DNA of 64,000 nucleotides from an uncultured Planctomycetales bacterium (GTDB lineage: Bacteria > Omnitrophota > Gorgyraeia > Zapsychrales > JAHFFX01): contig CAYJRN010000001.1 in assembly GCA_964372915.1 (NCBI GenBank), positions 36,305 through 100,304 of the forward strand, written 5' to 3'. Positions 20,526-28,904 of this stretch are shown piece by piece (the stretch's first letter is position 1; each line of letters starts with the position of its first letter). The translations under genes and the position numbers were made by a program. The notes under the pieces were generated by a model that was not told the DNA's origin, made no database searches, and saw nothing but the letters and a program-made list of their open reading frames with translations.

Positions 20526-21215
20526 ATGGGAATTTGGGAAATGAGCGGATGGGAAATGATGAAGGCCGGGGGGCCGATCATGGCGCCGATCCTGTTGTGC
20601 TCCTTACTTTCTTTGATTATCGTCATTGAAAAGTTGTGGTACTTGGCATCCCTGAACGGAAATACACAAAAGTTAAAAAAGGAAGTCTTTGAGGATGTCA
20701 AAAACAATAACCTCAAAGAAGCCATCACCAAGTGCGAAAACGCTCCTTCACCCGTTGCCAAAATTCTTAAAAGCGGAATCCTCAAATTTGGTTCCTCACC
20801 GGAAGAAATTAAGGAAGCCATGGAAGATGTCAGTCTCTACGAGATCCCAAAGCTGGAAAACAGGATGGGGGCTTTAGCCACGATTGCCCACATCGCACCC
20901 TTACTAGGTCTGTTGGGGACGGTCACGGGAATGACAGGGAGTTTTTATATGATCCAGATGAAAGCCAATTCCATGAATCCCCTGACGCCCGGGGATCTCG
21001 CCGGAGGGATTTGGGAAGCGCTGATCACAACGATTGCCGGATTGATGGTGGCGATCCCCAGCTATGTCCTCTATAATTATTACCTCGCTCGCATCAACAC
21101 AATCATTCTCGATATGGAAAGAGCCGCCACAGAACTCGTCAACTTTCTTTCTCAATTGACAGAAAAGCAGACCGCCGAAAACTTCAAAAAGGAAGACATT
21201 CCCCTTGAGATTTAA
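20526..21215 (+). CDS. MotA/TolQ/ExbB-family proton channel
   Basis: 229 aa with three TM segments; typical TolQ/ExbB length and the ..IAPLLGLLGTV.. motif. Confidence 0.8.
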   Translation: MGIWEMSGWEMMKAGGPIMAPILLCSLLSLIIVIEKLWYLASLNGNTQKLKKEVFEDVKNNNLKEAITKCENAPSPVAKILKSGILKFGSSPEEIKEAMEDVSLYEIPKLENRMGALATIAHIAPLLGLLGTVTGMTGSFYMIQMKANSMNPLTPGDLAGGIWEALITTIAGLMVAIPSYVLYNYYLARINTIILDMERAATELVNFLSQLTEKQTAENFKKEDIPLEI

Positions 21216-21600
21216 ACGCCGACTTAAAATCGAACAAGGCCTCAACACCATCGATATCGCTCCGATCATCGACGTCGTTCTTCTACTGCTCATTTTTTTT
21301 ATCCTGACATCTTCTTTCGCGGCCCAGGCAGGGATCAACGTAAAATTTCCCCGAACGGTCACGAGCGACATCATTAAAGAAGAGAACCTCCTCCTCATCA
21401 TTTCCAGCGAGAACGTTCTGTATCTCGACAACACAATCGTGACATTTGAAGAGTTAAGGAAAGAATTGAGTCATTACGCGAACTCAAACCGGTCGCTCCT
21501 CATTAAGGCTGACCGCCGTTCTTCCGTAGGAAGGATCGTGGAAATATGGAACCTTTGCCGGCGATTGGGCATCGAAAAAATCAACATCGCCACCAATTAA
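21205..21600 (+). CDS. ExbD/TolR-family protein
   Basis: 131 aa with a single N-terminal TM (..IDVVLLLLIFFIL..) and a periplasmic ExbD domain. Confidence 0.8.
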   Translation: MRFKRRLKIEQGLNTIDIAPIIDVVLLLLIFFILTSSFAAQAGINVKFPRTVTSDIIKEENLLLIISSENVLYLDNTIVTFEELRKELSHYANSNRSLLIKADRRSSVGRIVEIWNLCRRLGIEKINIATN

Positions 21601-22019
21601 AACCTTCTCTCTTAAATGCCGCACTGATTGCCGTAATCCTGCATTTGGGCGTCTTGAATATTTTTACATTTACATTCGCCTCTAAAACAACGAATCGTCA
21701 ACCGGTTTTTCTTTTTCTTGGGGCTATTTTGCAAAAACAGGACTTTGAGGAAATGGCCTTAACCCCTCAAACAACCCGCATCATATCCCAAGAAACGGAT
21801 TTTTTAGGACAGAACACAAATCCTAGGCTTGAGCCCTCATCCACAGGTCTTGAGAAACCTCCCATCACGCCGCGTAATCTGTCCAAAAATCAAAAACAAT
21901 ATCTTAAAACTCAATTTGAGGAGGAGATAGAAATGCCGCTCAAAGAAAACAAACCGAAAGCTGATGCCGCCCTTGAAAATACCGCTCCTTATGTTCCTCT
22001 GAGGTCAATTTTCCAATGA
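21546..22019 (+). CDS. membrane-anchored Pro-rich protein, TonB/TolA-like N-terminus without recognisable C-terminal domain
   Basis: Basic N-terminus, one TM (NAALIAVILHLGVLNIF), then a low-complexity P/T/E/K-rich region. The start is uncertain, and the ORF overlaps the exbD 3' end. Confidence 0.4.
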   Translation: MEPLPAIGHRKNQHRHQLKPSLLNAALIAVILHLGVLNIFTFTFASKTTNRQPVFLFLGAILQKQDFEEMALTPQTTRIISQETDFLGQNTNPRLEPSSTGLEKPPITPRNLSKNQKQYLKTQFEEEIEMPLKENKPKADAALENTAPYVPLRSIFQ

Positions 22020-22261
22020 TTTCCATTGACCTGGACCTCGCCTTGAGCTTGTATATTTCTTTGATCCTTGTTCTTGTATTCATGGGAACCATCGCTTATA
22101 ATTGTCATAGAGGAAAGAAAGAAGACGTCATTTACCAAAAATCCCGGTATTTAGAGCAGTGTCCTTATTGCACGCACATATTCTTTGATTACCATGAATC
22201 GTCACTGAAAGTTTGTCCTCAATGCAAAAGTTACCTTACAGTTGAGAAAAGGCTTAAATGA
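22016..22261 (+). CDS. small membrane protein with C-terminal CxxC..CxxC zinc-ribbon
   Basis: 81 aa: TM helix followed by CPYC..CPQC. Confidence 0.4.
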   Translation: MISIDLDLALSLYISLILVLVFMGTIAYNCHRGKKEDVIYQKSRYLEQCPYCTHIFFDYHESSLKVCPQCKSYLTVEKRLK

Positions 22262-22596
22262 AACTTAACAGAGGACCCCAGAGGGAATCCGGCGTCATTC
22301 TGATCATGGTACTGATGATCAGTTTACTAATGAGCATCTTTGTGATCGGTATTATCAGCACCAGCGTGAGCGGAGTGATTTCCGCAGAGCATCAAGTGGA
22401 CCGAATGAAGGCCGAGGCAACCGCAAGGGCAACGGATGCCTTAGCTTACTATAGACATTTCAATAACGACTTTACCACCGTTAATACTCTTTCCTTGCCT
22501 ATGGATAGCAAAACTTTCTCAGCAACCGCAAGCGCTGGATCTTCCGGCACTGGCCCCAACGGAACCACTCCTTACAGCAGTACCGTCAATTATTAA
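22258..22596 (+). CDS. PilX-N-like pilus-associated protein (hypothetical)
   Basis: N-terminus QRESGVILIMVLMISLLMSIFVIGIIS resembles the PilX_N hydrophobic segment. The rest is Ser/Thr/Gly-rich. Confidence 0.4.
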   Translation: MKLNRGPQRESGVILIMVLMISLLMSIFVIGIISTSVSGVISAEHQVDRMKAEATARATDALAYYRHFNNDFTTVNTLSLPMDSKTFSATASAGSSGTGPNGTTPYSSTVNY

Positions 22597-22717
22597 TATT
22601 TCCCATTTCCTCTAAAAAAACTCCAAATTATTGTGAATCCCATTGACAAAGTAAGTGCGTTATAGTCTAATGAAATAAATTATATATAACACGCTTTTCC
22701 AAAAAGGTGTACTCCTC

Positions 22718-22906
22718 ATGCGACATCTTCTGGATGTTGAAGAATTGGCAAAGTATCTTAAGCTCAAGAAGCAGACCATCTATAATTGGCTAAGCGACAG
22801 CAAGATTTCAGGCATGAAAATCGGCGGCGTGTGGCGATTTGACAAACGAGAAATCGACCTGTGGTTAAAATCTCAATCTCGAAAGATAAAAAATCCCAAT
22901 GGTTAA
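22718..22906 (+). CDS. excisionase/AlpA-family helix-turn-helix DNA-binding protein
   Basis: 62 aa; ..ELAKYLKLKKQTIYNWLSDSKISGMKIGGVWRFDKREIDLWL.. is the Xis-type HTH_17 pattern. A candidate promoter TTGACA-17-TCTAAT lies at about 22644-22672. Confidence 0.6.
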   Translation: MRHLLDVEELAKYLKLKKQTIYNWLSDSKISGMKIGGVWRFDKREIDLWLKSQSRKIKNPNG

Positions 22907-24473
22907 ACGTTTAAGCGTCTTTTTCGGCAATAACGCATTGAGTATTGCCGAAATGGACAACCAATCCATTGTAAAATTTGCCTCAATTCCGCACAATCTT
23001 TTTGATCTGACGGGTCCTCGCCAAGGCAAGGATGCCCCGGAGGACATTCGACTGATTGCTGCAATTCAAAAAACGTTACGGGAACAAAAATTTACCACAA
23101 CCGAAACCTATTTATCCCTACCTACCAAAGATATCATCTTCCGCTCCTTCGTCATTCCCTGGGTTTACCCCGGCGAAGTTAAAAATGTCGTTGAATTTGA
23201 AGCAAGGAAATACATCCCGTTTAAACTGGAAGAGGTTTCCTATACCTTTCACACTTTCATCTTCAATGAAAAATCCGTCCGGAAAATTCGGGTGTTCTTC
23301 GTGGCAATCCGCCAAGACATTCTTGACAAATACTGCAATATCTTGGAACAGGCGAATCTTAAAATATCCTTCTTGGAACCGGCATCAGTGAGTTTGATCC
23401 GGGCTCTTGTTTCCAAGAACAAAATCCCACTAAACCAAAAAATTGCCCTTCTGGAAACCAATAAGAGGGAAGGGAAGATCATCATCATGGATCAAGGCAT
23501 CCCGCAATTCATCCGCGATTTTAAATTGCTGTCGGCGAATTTGCCAAAGGCGGATAATGATCACGCGTTGTTTAACTTAAAGCTGTTTAACGAAATTCGT
23601 ATCTCTCTGGATTATTACGCTCGGCAATATACGCAGGGAAAAGTGTCGACCATCATTCTGGTCTCTGAGAAGGAATCGCCTGAACTTGTACAGACAATCA
23701 GTAAGGATTTAGGAATCCCGACAAGCTCTCTAGGGGTCGACGCCATCCTGGGAACCGAGGATGCCTTCAACATTGAATTTTTGAACGCCTATGGAATCGG
23801 TTTAAAAGACACCGTCAACCTGGCCGTCAAGTTCGACTTGGCGCAAAAATCCATCAAGGCACAGAAAAGTGAATTCCGTTTCGAACTCTCTAAAGAAAAC
23901 TTGCTTGCTCTTGTAAAAGTAGGTGGGGTCTGCCTGACCCTCATCGTGCTTAGCTTTTTTGGTTCGAACTTTTTACTTATGGACATGCAAAAAAAAATCT
24001 CCGAGCTTGACAGCCAACAAGGAATACTTCGGGACCTCGGTCTCGAACAAATAAATCAAAAAACTGAAGAAACACGCAAAAAAATTGATGGCTATCAATC
24101 GGTCCGCCTTAAGACCAGCACCGCTTTTTTCCTGACGAAAATCGCTCTGGTGCTTCCTAAAGGGGTATGGATTCAAGAAATCTCCTTGCGTTATCTGGAT
24201 CCGACTAAGGCGGAGTTCAATGCCTCTAAAGGCATTTCCAACGCAGAAGAAACCGAACCGGACAAAATTCTTCATAAAATGAATCTTACGCTCAGCGGAC
24301 TTGCGTTCGACAGCAACGCCAATCAGCAAATCAAACTCGTTTATAATTTGGTAAAAAGTCTCAAGGACAACACATTATTTTCCACAACGTTCGACGATAT
24401 AAAACTTGCCAGCGCGCAACCGAGCCAAGTGGAGCAATATACTGTGACCTCGTTCAAAATCGAATGCCAATGA
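22899..24473 (+). CDS. pilM: type IV pilus assembly protein PilM fused to PilN-like C-terminal module
   Basis: Actin-like PilM N-domain with ..EARKYIPFKLEEV.. The C-terminal ~180 aa carry one TM (..VGGVCLTLIVLSFFG..), a coiled coil and a PilN-like periplasmic region. Confidence 0.7.
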   Translation: MVKRLSVFFGNNALSIAEMDNQSIVKFASIPHNLFDLTGPRQGKDAPEDIRLIAAIQKTLREQKFTTTETYLSLPTKDIIFRSFVIPWVYPGEVKNVVEFEARKYIPFKLEEVSYTFHTFIFNEKSVRKIRVFFVAIRQDILDKYCNILEQANLKISFLEPASVSLIRALVSKNKIPLNQKIALLETNKREGKIIIMDQGIPQFIRDFKLLSANLPKADNDHALFNLKLFNEIRISLDYYARQYTQGKVSTIILVSEKESPELVQTISKDLGIPTSSLGVDAILGTEDAFNIEFLNAYGIGLKDTVNLAVKFDLAQKSIKAQKSEFRFELSKENLLALVKVGGVCLTLIVLSFFGSNFLLMDMQKKISELDSQQGILRDLGLEQINQKTEETRKKIDGYQSVRLKTSTAFFLTKIALVLPKGVWIQEISLRYLDPTKAEFNASKGISNAEETEPDKILHKMNLTLSGLAFDSNANQQIKLVYNLVKSLKDNTLFSTTFDDIKLASAQPSQVEQYTVTSFKIECQ

Positions 24474-24480
24474 CGCTTAT

Positions 24481-25059
24481 TTGATGAAAATATCCGACTT
24501 AAGTAAAATCGACCTAAAGGACATTGATCTCAAAAAGATCCAAGAGAGCTTGCTGCAAAGGCCGGAGCTTTTGATCAATCTCGGGATCGCTTTCTTTGCG
24601 GGGATCCTGATTTTTAATATTGTCGGTGGGCGGATGAACGAGGCCAAGAAACTTAAAGGGAAAATGGCCGAACAGAAAAAAAAAGTCGCTGCCATCAAAA
24701 CTCACGAGGTCACACAAAAAGAGTTCAAAGAATTGATAGATCATCTTCCCGCCGGTATCCTCGAAGACAGCTTGGTGGATCATCTGACCGACTTCGCCGG
24801 AAAAAGGAACATTCAGATACAGTCTTTTTCTCCCGCCAACAAAACCCAAAAAAATTATTACACTCAGATGACAGTCCTGTTGAAGGTAGCAGCCAAAAAT
24901 TATAAGGACATGATCCTTTTTCTCAACGATATCGAAAGCTCCCCTTACAATCTCAGGATTGACCGCTGGACAGGGACCATGGAAGCAGAGAAAGATGAAG
25001 GGAAAGAAGGGATCATCGTTGCCCAGCTTGAAATTAATGCTGTAAATTTTGTCAAATGA
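24481..25059 (+). CDS. pilO: type IV pilus assembly protein PilO-like
   Basis: N-terminal TM, coiled-coil and a periplasmic domain; its position between pilMN and pilP supports the call. Confidence 0.5.
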   Translation: MMKISDLSKIDLKDIDLKKIQESLLQRPELLINLGIAFFAGILIFNIVGGRMNEAKKLKGKMAEQKKKVAAIKTHEVTQKEFKELIDHLPAGILEDSLVDHLTDFAGKRNIQIQSFSPANKTQKNYYTQMTVLLKVAAKNYKDMILFLNDIESSPYNLRIDRWTGTMEAEKDEGKEGIIVAQLEINAVNFVK

Positions 25060-25589
25060 CGAACCTTTTTATCCTCATGATGACACTTGGTATCATCTTA
25101 AATCCCTATCGTGCTTTTAGCCAAGAGGCTTCCAAGTCCCAAGCCGCGGAGAATGGTGAAAGCAAAGAGCTATCGTTTTCTCTTTCAGATTCTGATTTTA
25201 ATTCGCTCGTTAATCCTTTTCTGGATCAGTTTCCCAAACCCATAGAACCTGTGGCTGCGCCAGCCCCTAATTCCGTAACGACACCCACGAGCTTGCCATC
25301 GAATCAAGAGGCTGTTGCAACACGGCTCCCGACAGAGACTCCCCCGACTTTAAAACCCGGATCAACCACTTCATCTCAGTCCGTCAAATCCAGTAAGCCC
25401 CAGGAGATCACGTTTCCGAACTTCACTATCAACGGTTTAGTATGGAATACAGATAAACCTCAGGCGATCATCAATAGCAATGTTGTTAGCGTGGGAGACA
25501 GCATCGAGGACTCTGTCATTGTCGATATCAACCAAACAGGTGTGGAGGTTTTACGTGAAGGAAAAAGGTTTAAAATTTTTTATAAATGA
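25056..25589 (+). CDS. pilP: type IV pilus assembly protein PilP-like
   Basis: Signal peptide, Pro/Thr-rich linker, then a C-terminal beta-domain (..GLVWNTDKPQAIINSNVVSVGDSIEDSVIVDINQTGVEV..) typical of the PilP secretin-interacting domain. Confidence 0.5.
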   Translation: MTNLFILMMTLGIILNPYRAFSQEASKSQAAENGESKELSFSLSDSDFNSLVNPFLDQFPKPIEPVAAPAPNSVTTPTSLPSNQEAVATRLPTETPPTLKPGSTTSSQSVKSSKPQEITFPNFTINGLVWNTDKPQAIINSNVVSVGDSIEDSVIVDINQTGVEVLREGKRFKIFYK

Positions 25590-25632
25590 GCAGAAAATAA
25601 AAATTCTTAAAAAACTTTTAGAGGGAAGTCGG

Positions 25633-27120
25633 ATGAAAATAAAAAAAACAGCTTTATTCATGATTATCCTGCTGCTGAGCGTGAAAGGCGGGGCGGCGCC
25701 GGCCTCGGATGAAAAACTTCAACCAACCTCCGTGGAGAATCAATTCATTTATCCCGAATTCTCTAAAACCATCTCGATGGATTTTAAAGACGCGGCCCTC
25801 ATCGACGTTTTAAAAATCCTCTCTCAACAGTCTGGCTTGAATTTCATCAGTTCTCAGGAGGTCGCTGGGAAAAGGGTGACCTTGTTTTTGAACAATGTTC
25901 CCGTGGAGGAAGCCCTGGAAAGAATCTTAACCGCCAATGGCCTGACCTATGAAATCGCGTCGGGAAGCGGGATATTCATCGTCAAACCTCTGGACAAGCC
26001 GGCCAAAAATACCATCACGAGAATCTATAAACTGAAGCACGCTTCCGTCTCCTCTTCAAAAATCAACAAAACCATCGACATATCCTCTGCTATCGGAAGT
26101 TCAGAGTCCACTGCCGGCGGCTCCGGCATTATCGCCGCCCTTAAGAGCGTTCTAACGCCCAGTGGTTCCATCGTGGAAGACCCTCGGACCAACAGTCTCA
26201 TCATCACAGATATTGCCGTCCAGTTTTCCCTCATAGAACAAACACTCGCGCGTTTGGACGTTGAGGTTCCGCAAATTCTCATAGACGTGGAGATGCTGGA
26301 TGTATCCAAAAACACGGCTGATCTTATCGGCATCAAGTTTGGATCCACCCCTTTGACATTCAAAGGCGGAGAACGCAGTGTCTTATATCCATGGGACCAA
26401 AATAAACTTCTGCGTAAAGGTTTTACTTTCGCGGAGGAGTACCGCGTAGGAACAGTGAGTGCCGCGGGATTACAAATGACCCTGCAGTTTCTAAGAACAC
26501 AAAGTGATACAAAAAATCTGGCCCGACCAAGAATCCTCACTTTAAACAACGAAACCGCTGAAATCAAAATTTCCACCAACGAAGCCATTGGTCTTGCGAC
26601 GCAAAATTCCGGGTCAACAGGAACAACCACGCAGACCAAGCAGGCTGAGCGGGTGCAGACGGGCATATTTTTAACCGTCACGCCGCAAGCCAATCTTTTA
26701 ACCGGTGAAATTACGATGGCTATCGTCCCGCGGGTCATCCAAGCTCGAACAGGCGCCACCTTTGAAGGAACAACGTTCAAGGACGCCGAAGAGAGAGGGT
26801 CGCAATCCGTTTTAAGAGTTAAGGACGGAGATACCATCGTCCTGGGTGGCCTGGTAAGATCTGACAGCGTCGGCACCGTGACAAAAGTCCCTTTTCTGGG
26901 AGACATCCCGATCATCGGCAGGGCCTTTCGCCACAATGACCTAGCCAAGACCAACAGGGAACTCATCATTTTTATTACTCCGCGCATTGTTAAAGATGAG
27001 GCTTCCTTCCCAGCGGAAACCAAAGTGTCCTATCAACCCCTGTCCCGGAAACAGAATATTCCAACAGCAAAACAAAAAGAAATTAATAAAGCCATTTTTA
27101 TGATAGAAAATCAAAAATAG
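25633..27120 (+). CDS. pilQ: type IV pilus secretin
   Basis: Signal peptide, N0/N1 domains and the conserved secretin C-domain (..VKDGDTIVLGGLV..VPFLGDIPIIGRAF..ELIIFITPRIV). The start is chosen at MKIKKT with a GAGGGAAG SD; the track ORF begins at 25480. Confidence 0.85.
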   Translation: MKIKKTALFMIILLLSVKGGAAPASDEKLQPTSVENQFIYPEFSKTISMDFKDAALIDVLKILSQQSGLNFISSQEVAGKRVTLFLNNVPVEEALERILTANGLTYEIASGSGIFIVKPLDKPAKNTITRIYKLKHASVSSSKINKTIDISSAIGSSESTAGGSGIIAALKSVLTPSGSIVEDPRTNSLIITDIAVQFSLIEQTLARLDVEVPQILIDVEMLDVSKNTADLIGIKFGSTPLTFKGGERSVLYPWDQNKLLRKGFTFAEEYRVGTVSAAGLQMTLQFLRTQSDTKNLARPRILTLNNETAEIKISTNEAIGLATQNSGSTGTTTQTKQAERVQTGIFLTVTPQANLLTGEITMAIVPRVIQARTGATFEGTTFKDAEERGSQSVLRVKDGDTIVLGGLVRSDSVGTVTKVPFLGDIPIIGRAFRHNDLAKTNRELIIFITPRIVKDEASFPAETKVSYQPLSRKQNIPTAKQKEINKAIFMIENQK

Positions 27121-27131
27121 GGCAGCTCCTT

Positions 27132-28862
27132 ATGGCACACTTAAAATTAGGCGAGATATTAATCCAGCAAGGCATTATTACGGAAGAGCAGTTTAATAAT
27201 GCCATCAATGTCAAGAAACAGAGCCCAGAACGCATCGGCGAAATCCTGATCAAGCAGGGAGTCGTGACGGAAGAAGATATCATTGTGGCCCTGGCAACAC
27301 AATTGATGATTCCTTATTCCTCCCCAAAAAACGATCTCTTAAAACCGCAGGCTAACCAAGGATTAGACAAACTTATTCCCAAGGAATTTTCCGAAAAAAA
27401 CACTGTCCTGCCCATATCAGTGGCCAATAATATCCTCACCGTGGCCGTTTATGATCCGTTGGATTTGATGCTGATTGACAACTTAAAAAGGATCACGGGC
27501 TGTGAAATCAATCTTGTCCTTGCCACTAAGATTGAAATCACACGCGCTTTGCAACAATTCTATGGAATCGTCAAAACAAGCGGTAGCCTACTCTTAGGTG
27601 AAGCGGTACAGAACACCTACTCTGCCGAAAGTACCGTTGGGATCTCCCATAGAATAGAAACCTCTTCCGATGAGGCCCAATTAAGTTTGGACAAACTCAT
27701 CGCCAAGGCCGAGGAAGCTCCCGTCATTAAGCTTGTTGATCTCATCATCCGCCAGGCCATCGATGAGCGCGCCAGCGATATCCACATCGAGCCTTATAAG
27801 GACCGCATTCGATTGCGCTATCGTATCGATGGGGCCTTATTCGAAATCCCACCGCCGGCACGGCATTTGCACCTGCCGATCATCTCGCGTATCAAAATTC
27901 TTTCCAAATTGGATATCGCGGAAAAAAGACTCCCTCAAGACGGCGCCATCTCCGCAAAACTGGAGAATAGGACCGTAGACTTAAGAATCTCAACGATTCC
28001 CACCATCTGGGGAGAAAAAGTCGTTATGAGAATTCTGGATAAGGAGGCCGTGCCCCTGGAGTTGGCTCAACTGGGCTTTGATGCCAAGCAATCGGAAATT
28101 TTAAGAAAGGCTTTGAAATCCCCTTATGGACTATTTTTTGTGACCGGTCCTACCGGCAGCGGGAAATCCACCACCCTGTATTCCGCCTTGAATGAAACCA
28201 TAGACCCCACGAAAAACGTCATAACCGTTGAGGATCCCGTTGAATTCAAGATCGAGGGGATCAACCAGGTCGGCGTCAAATCGGATATCGGCCTCACCTT
28301 TGCCTCGGCCTTGCGCGCGTTTTTGCGTCAAGATCCGGATATTATCATGGTGGGGGAGGTTCGCGACCTTGAGACCGCGCAGATCTGCGTGCGCGCAGCT
28401 CTGACCGGACACTTTGTTTTGAGCACGCTGCACACCAACGACGCCTCCTCGGCCATCACCAGGCTCATGGACATTGGAGTCGAATCTTACCTTCTTACCC
28501 CTTCGCTTATTTTGGTTCTGGCTCAACGCCTGGCCAAACGCTTATGCCAAAAATGCAAGGAGCCCTACGAGCCGACGGTTGAAAATACCGGAGGGCTTAC
28601 GATCAAAAGTGATCTCATATACCGCGCCAAGGGCTGCCAAGAATGCAACCATACCGGCTACAAAGGCCGCCTGGTGATCGCCGAAGTGATGGCTCTCAAC
28701 GACAAAATCCGACAATTGATTGCTGAAAAGGCAACTTATACGCAAATCAAGGACGAAGCAAGAAAAAATGGAATGGACACGTTATTTGAAAGTGGCATCA
28801 AAAGAGTGGAAGATGGTTTGACGAGTCTGGAGGAAATCCTAAGCATCACGACCCTTATCTAA
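27132..28862 (+). CDS. pilB: type IV pilus assembly ATPase PilB/MshE-like with N-terminal MshEN (c-di-GMP-binding type) domain
   Basis: GspE ATPase core (Walker A GPTGSGKST, Asp box, His box, tetracysteine CQKC..CQEC). The N-terminus carries two tandem 24-aa motifs, KLGEILIQQGIITEEQ.. and RIGEILIKQGVVTEED... Confidence 0.9.
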   Translation: MAHLKLGEILIQQGIITEEQFNNAINVKKQSPERIGEILIKQGVVTEEDIIVALATQLMIPYSSPKNDLLKPQANQGLDKLIPKEFSEKNTVLPISVANNILTVAVYDPLDLMLIDNLKRITGCEINLVLATKIEITRALQQFYGIVKTSGSLLLGEAVQNTYSAESTVGISHRIETSSDEAQLSLDKLIAKAEEAPVIKLVDLIIRQAIDERASDIHIEPYKDRIRLRYRIDGALFEIPPPARHLHLPIISRIKILSKLDIAEKRLPQDGAISAKLENRTVDLRISTIPTIWGEKVVMRILDKEAVPLELAQLGFDAKQSEILRKALKSPYGLFFVTGPTGSGKSTTLYSALNETIDPTKNVITVEDPVEFKIEGINQVGVKSDIGLTFASALRAFLRQDPDIIMVGEVRDLETAQICVRAALTGHFVLSTLHTNDASSAITRLMDIGVESYLLTPSLILVLAQRLAKRLCQKCKEPYEPTVENTGGLTIKSDLIYRAKGCQECNHTGYKGRLVIAEVMALNDKIRQLIAEKATYTQIKDEARKNGMDTLFESGIKRVEDGLTSLEEILSITTLI

Positions 28863-28904
28863 ATTTACACAGCGTTAATGACCAACGGAAGACAGGAGTA
28901 ACTC

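Noticed and set aside
22644-22672. Alternative -10 hexamer TATAGT with the TTGACA upstream of the Xis-like HTH gene
   Set aside because: The spacer to TATAGT is only 12 nt. The 17-nt spacing to TCTAAT is more plausible, so only the latter is mentioned. Both remain unverified.
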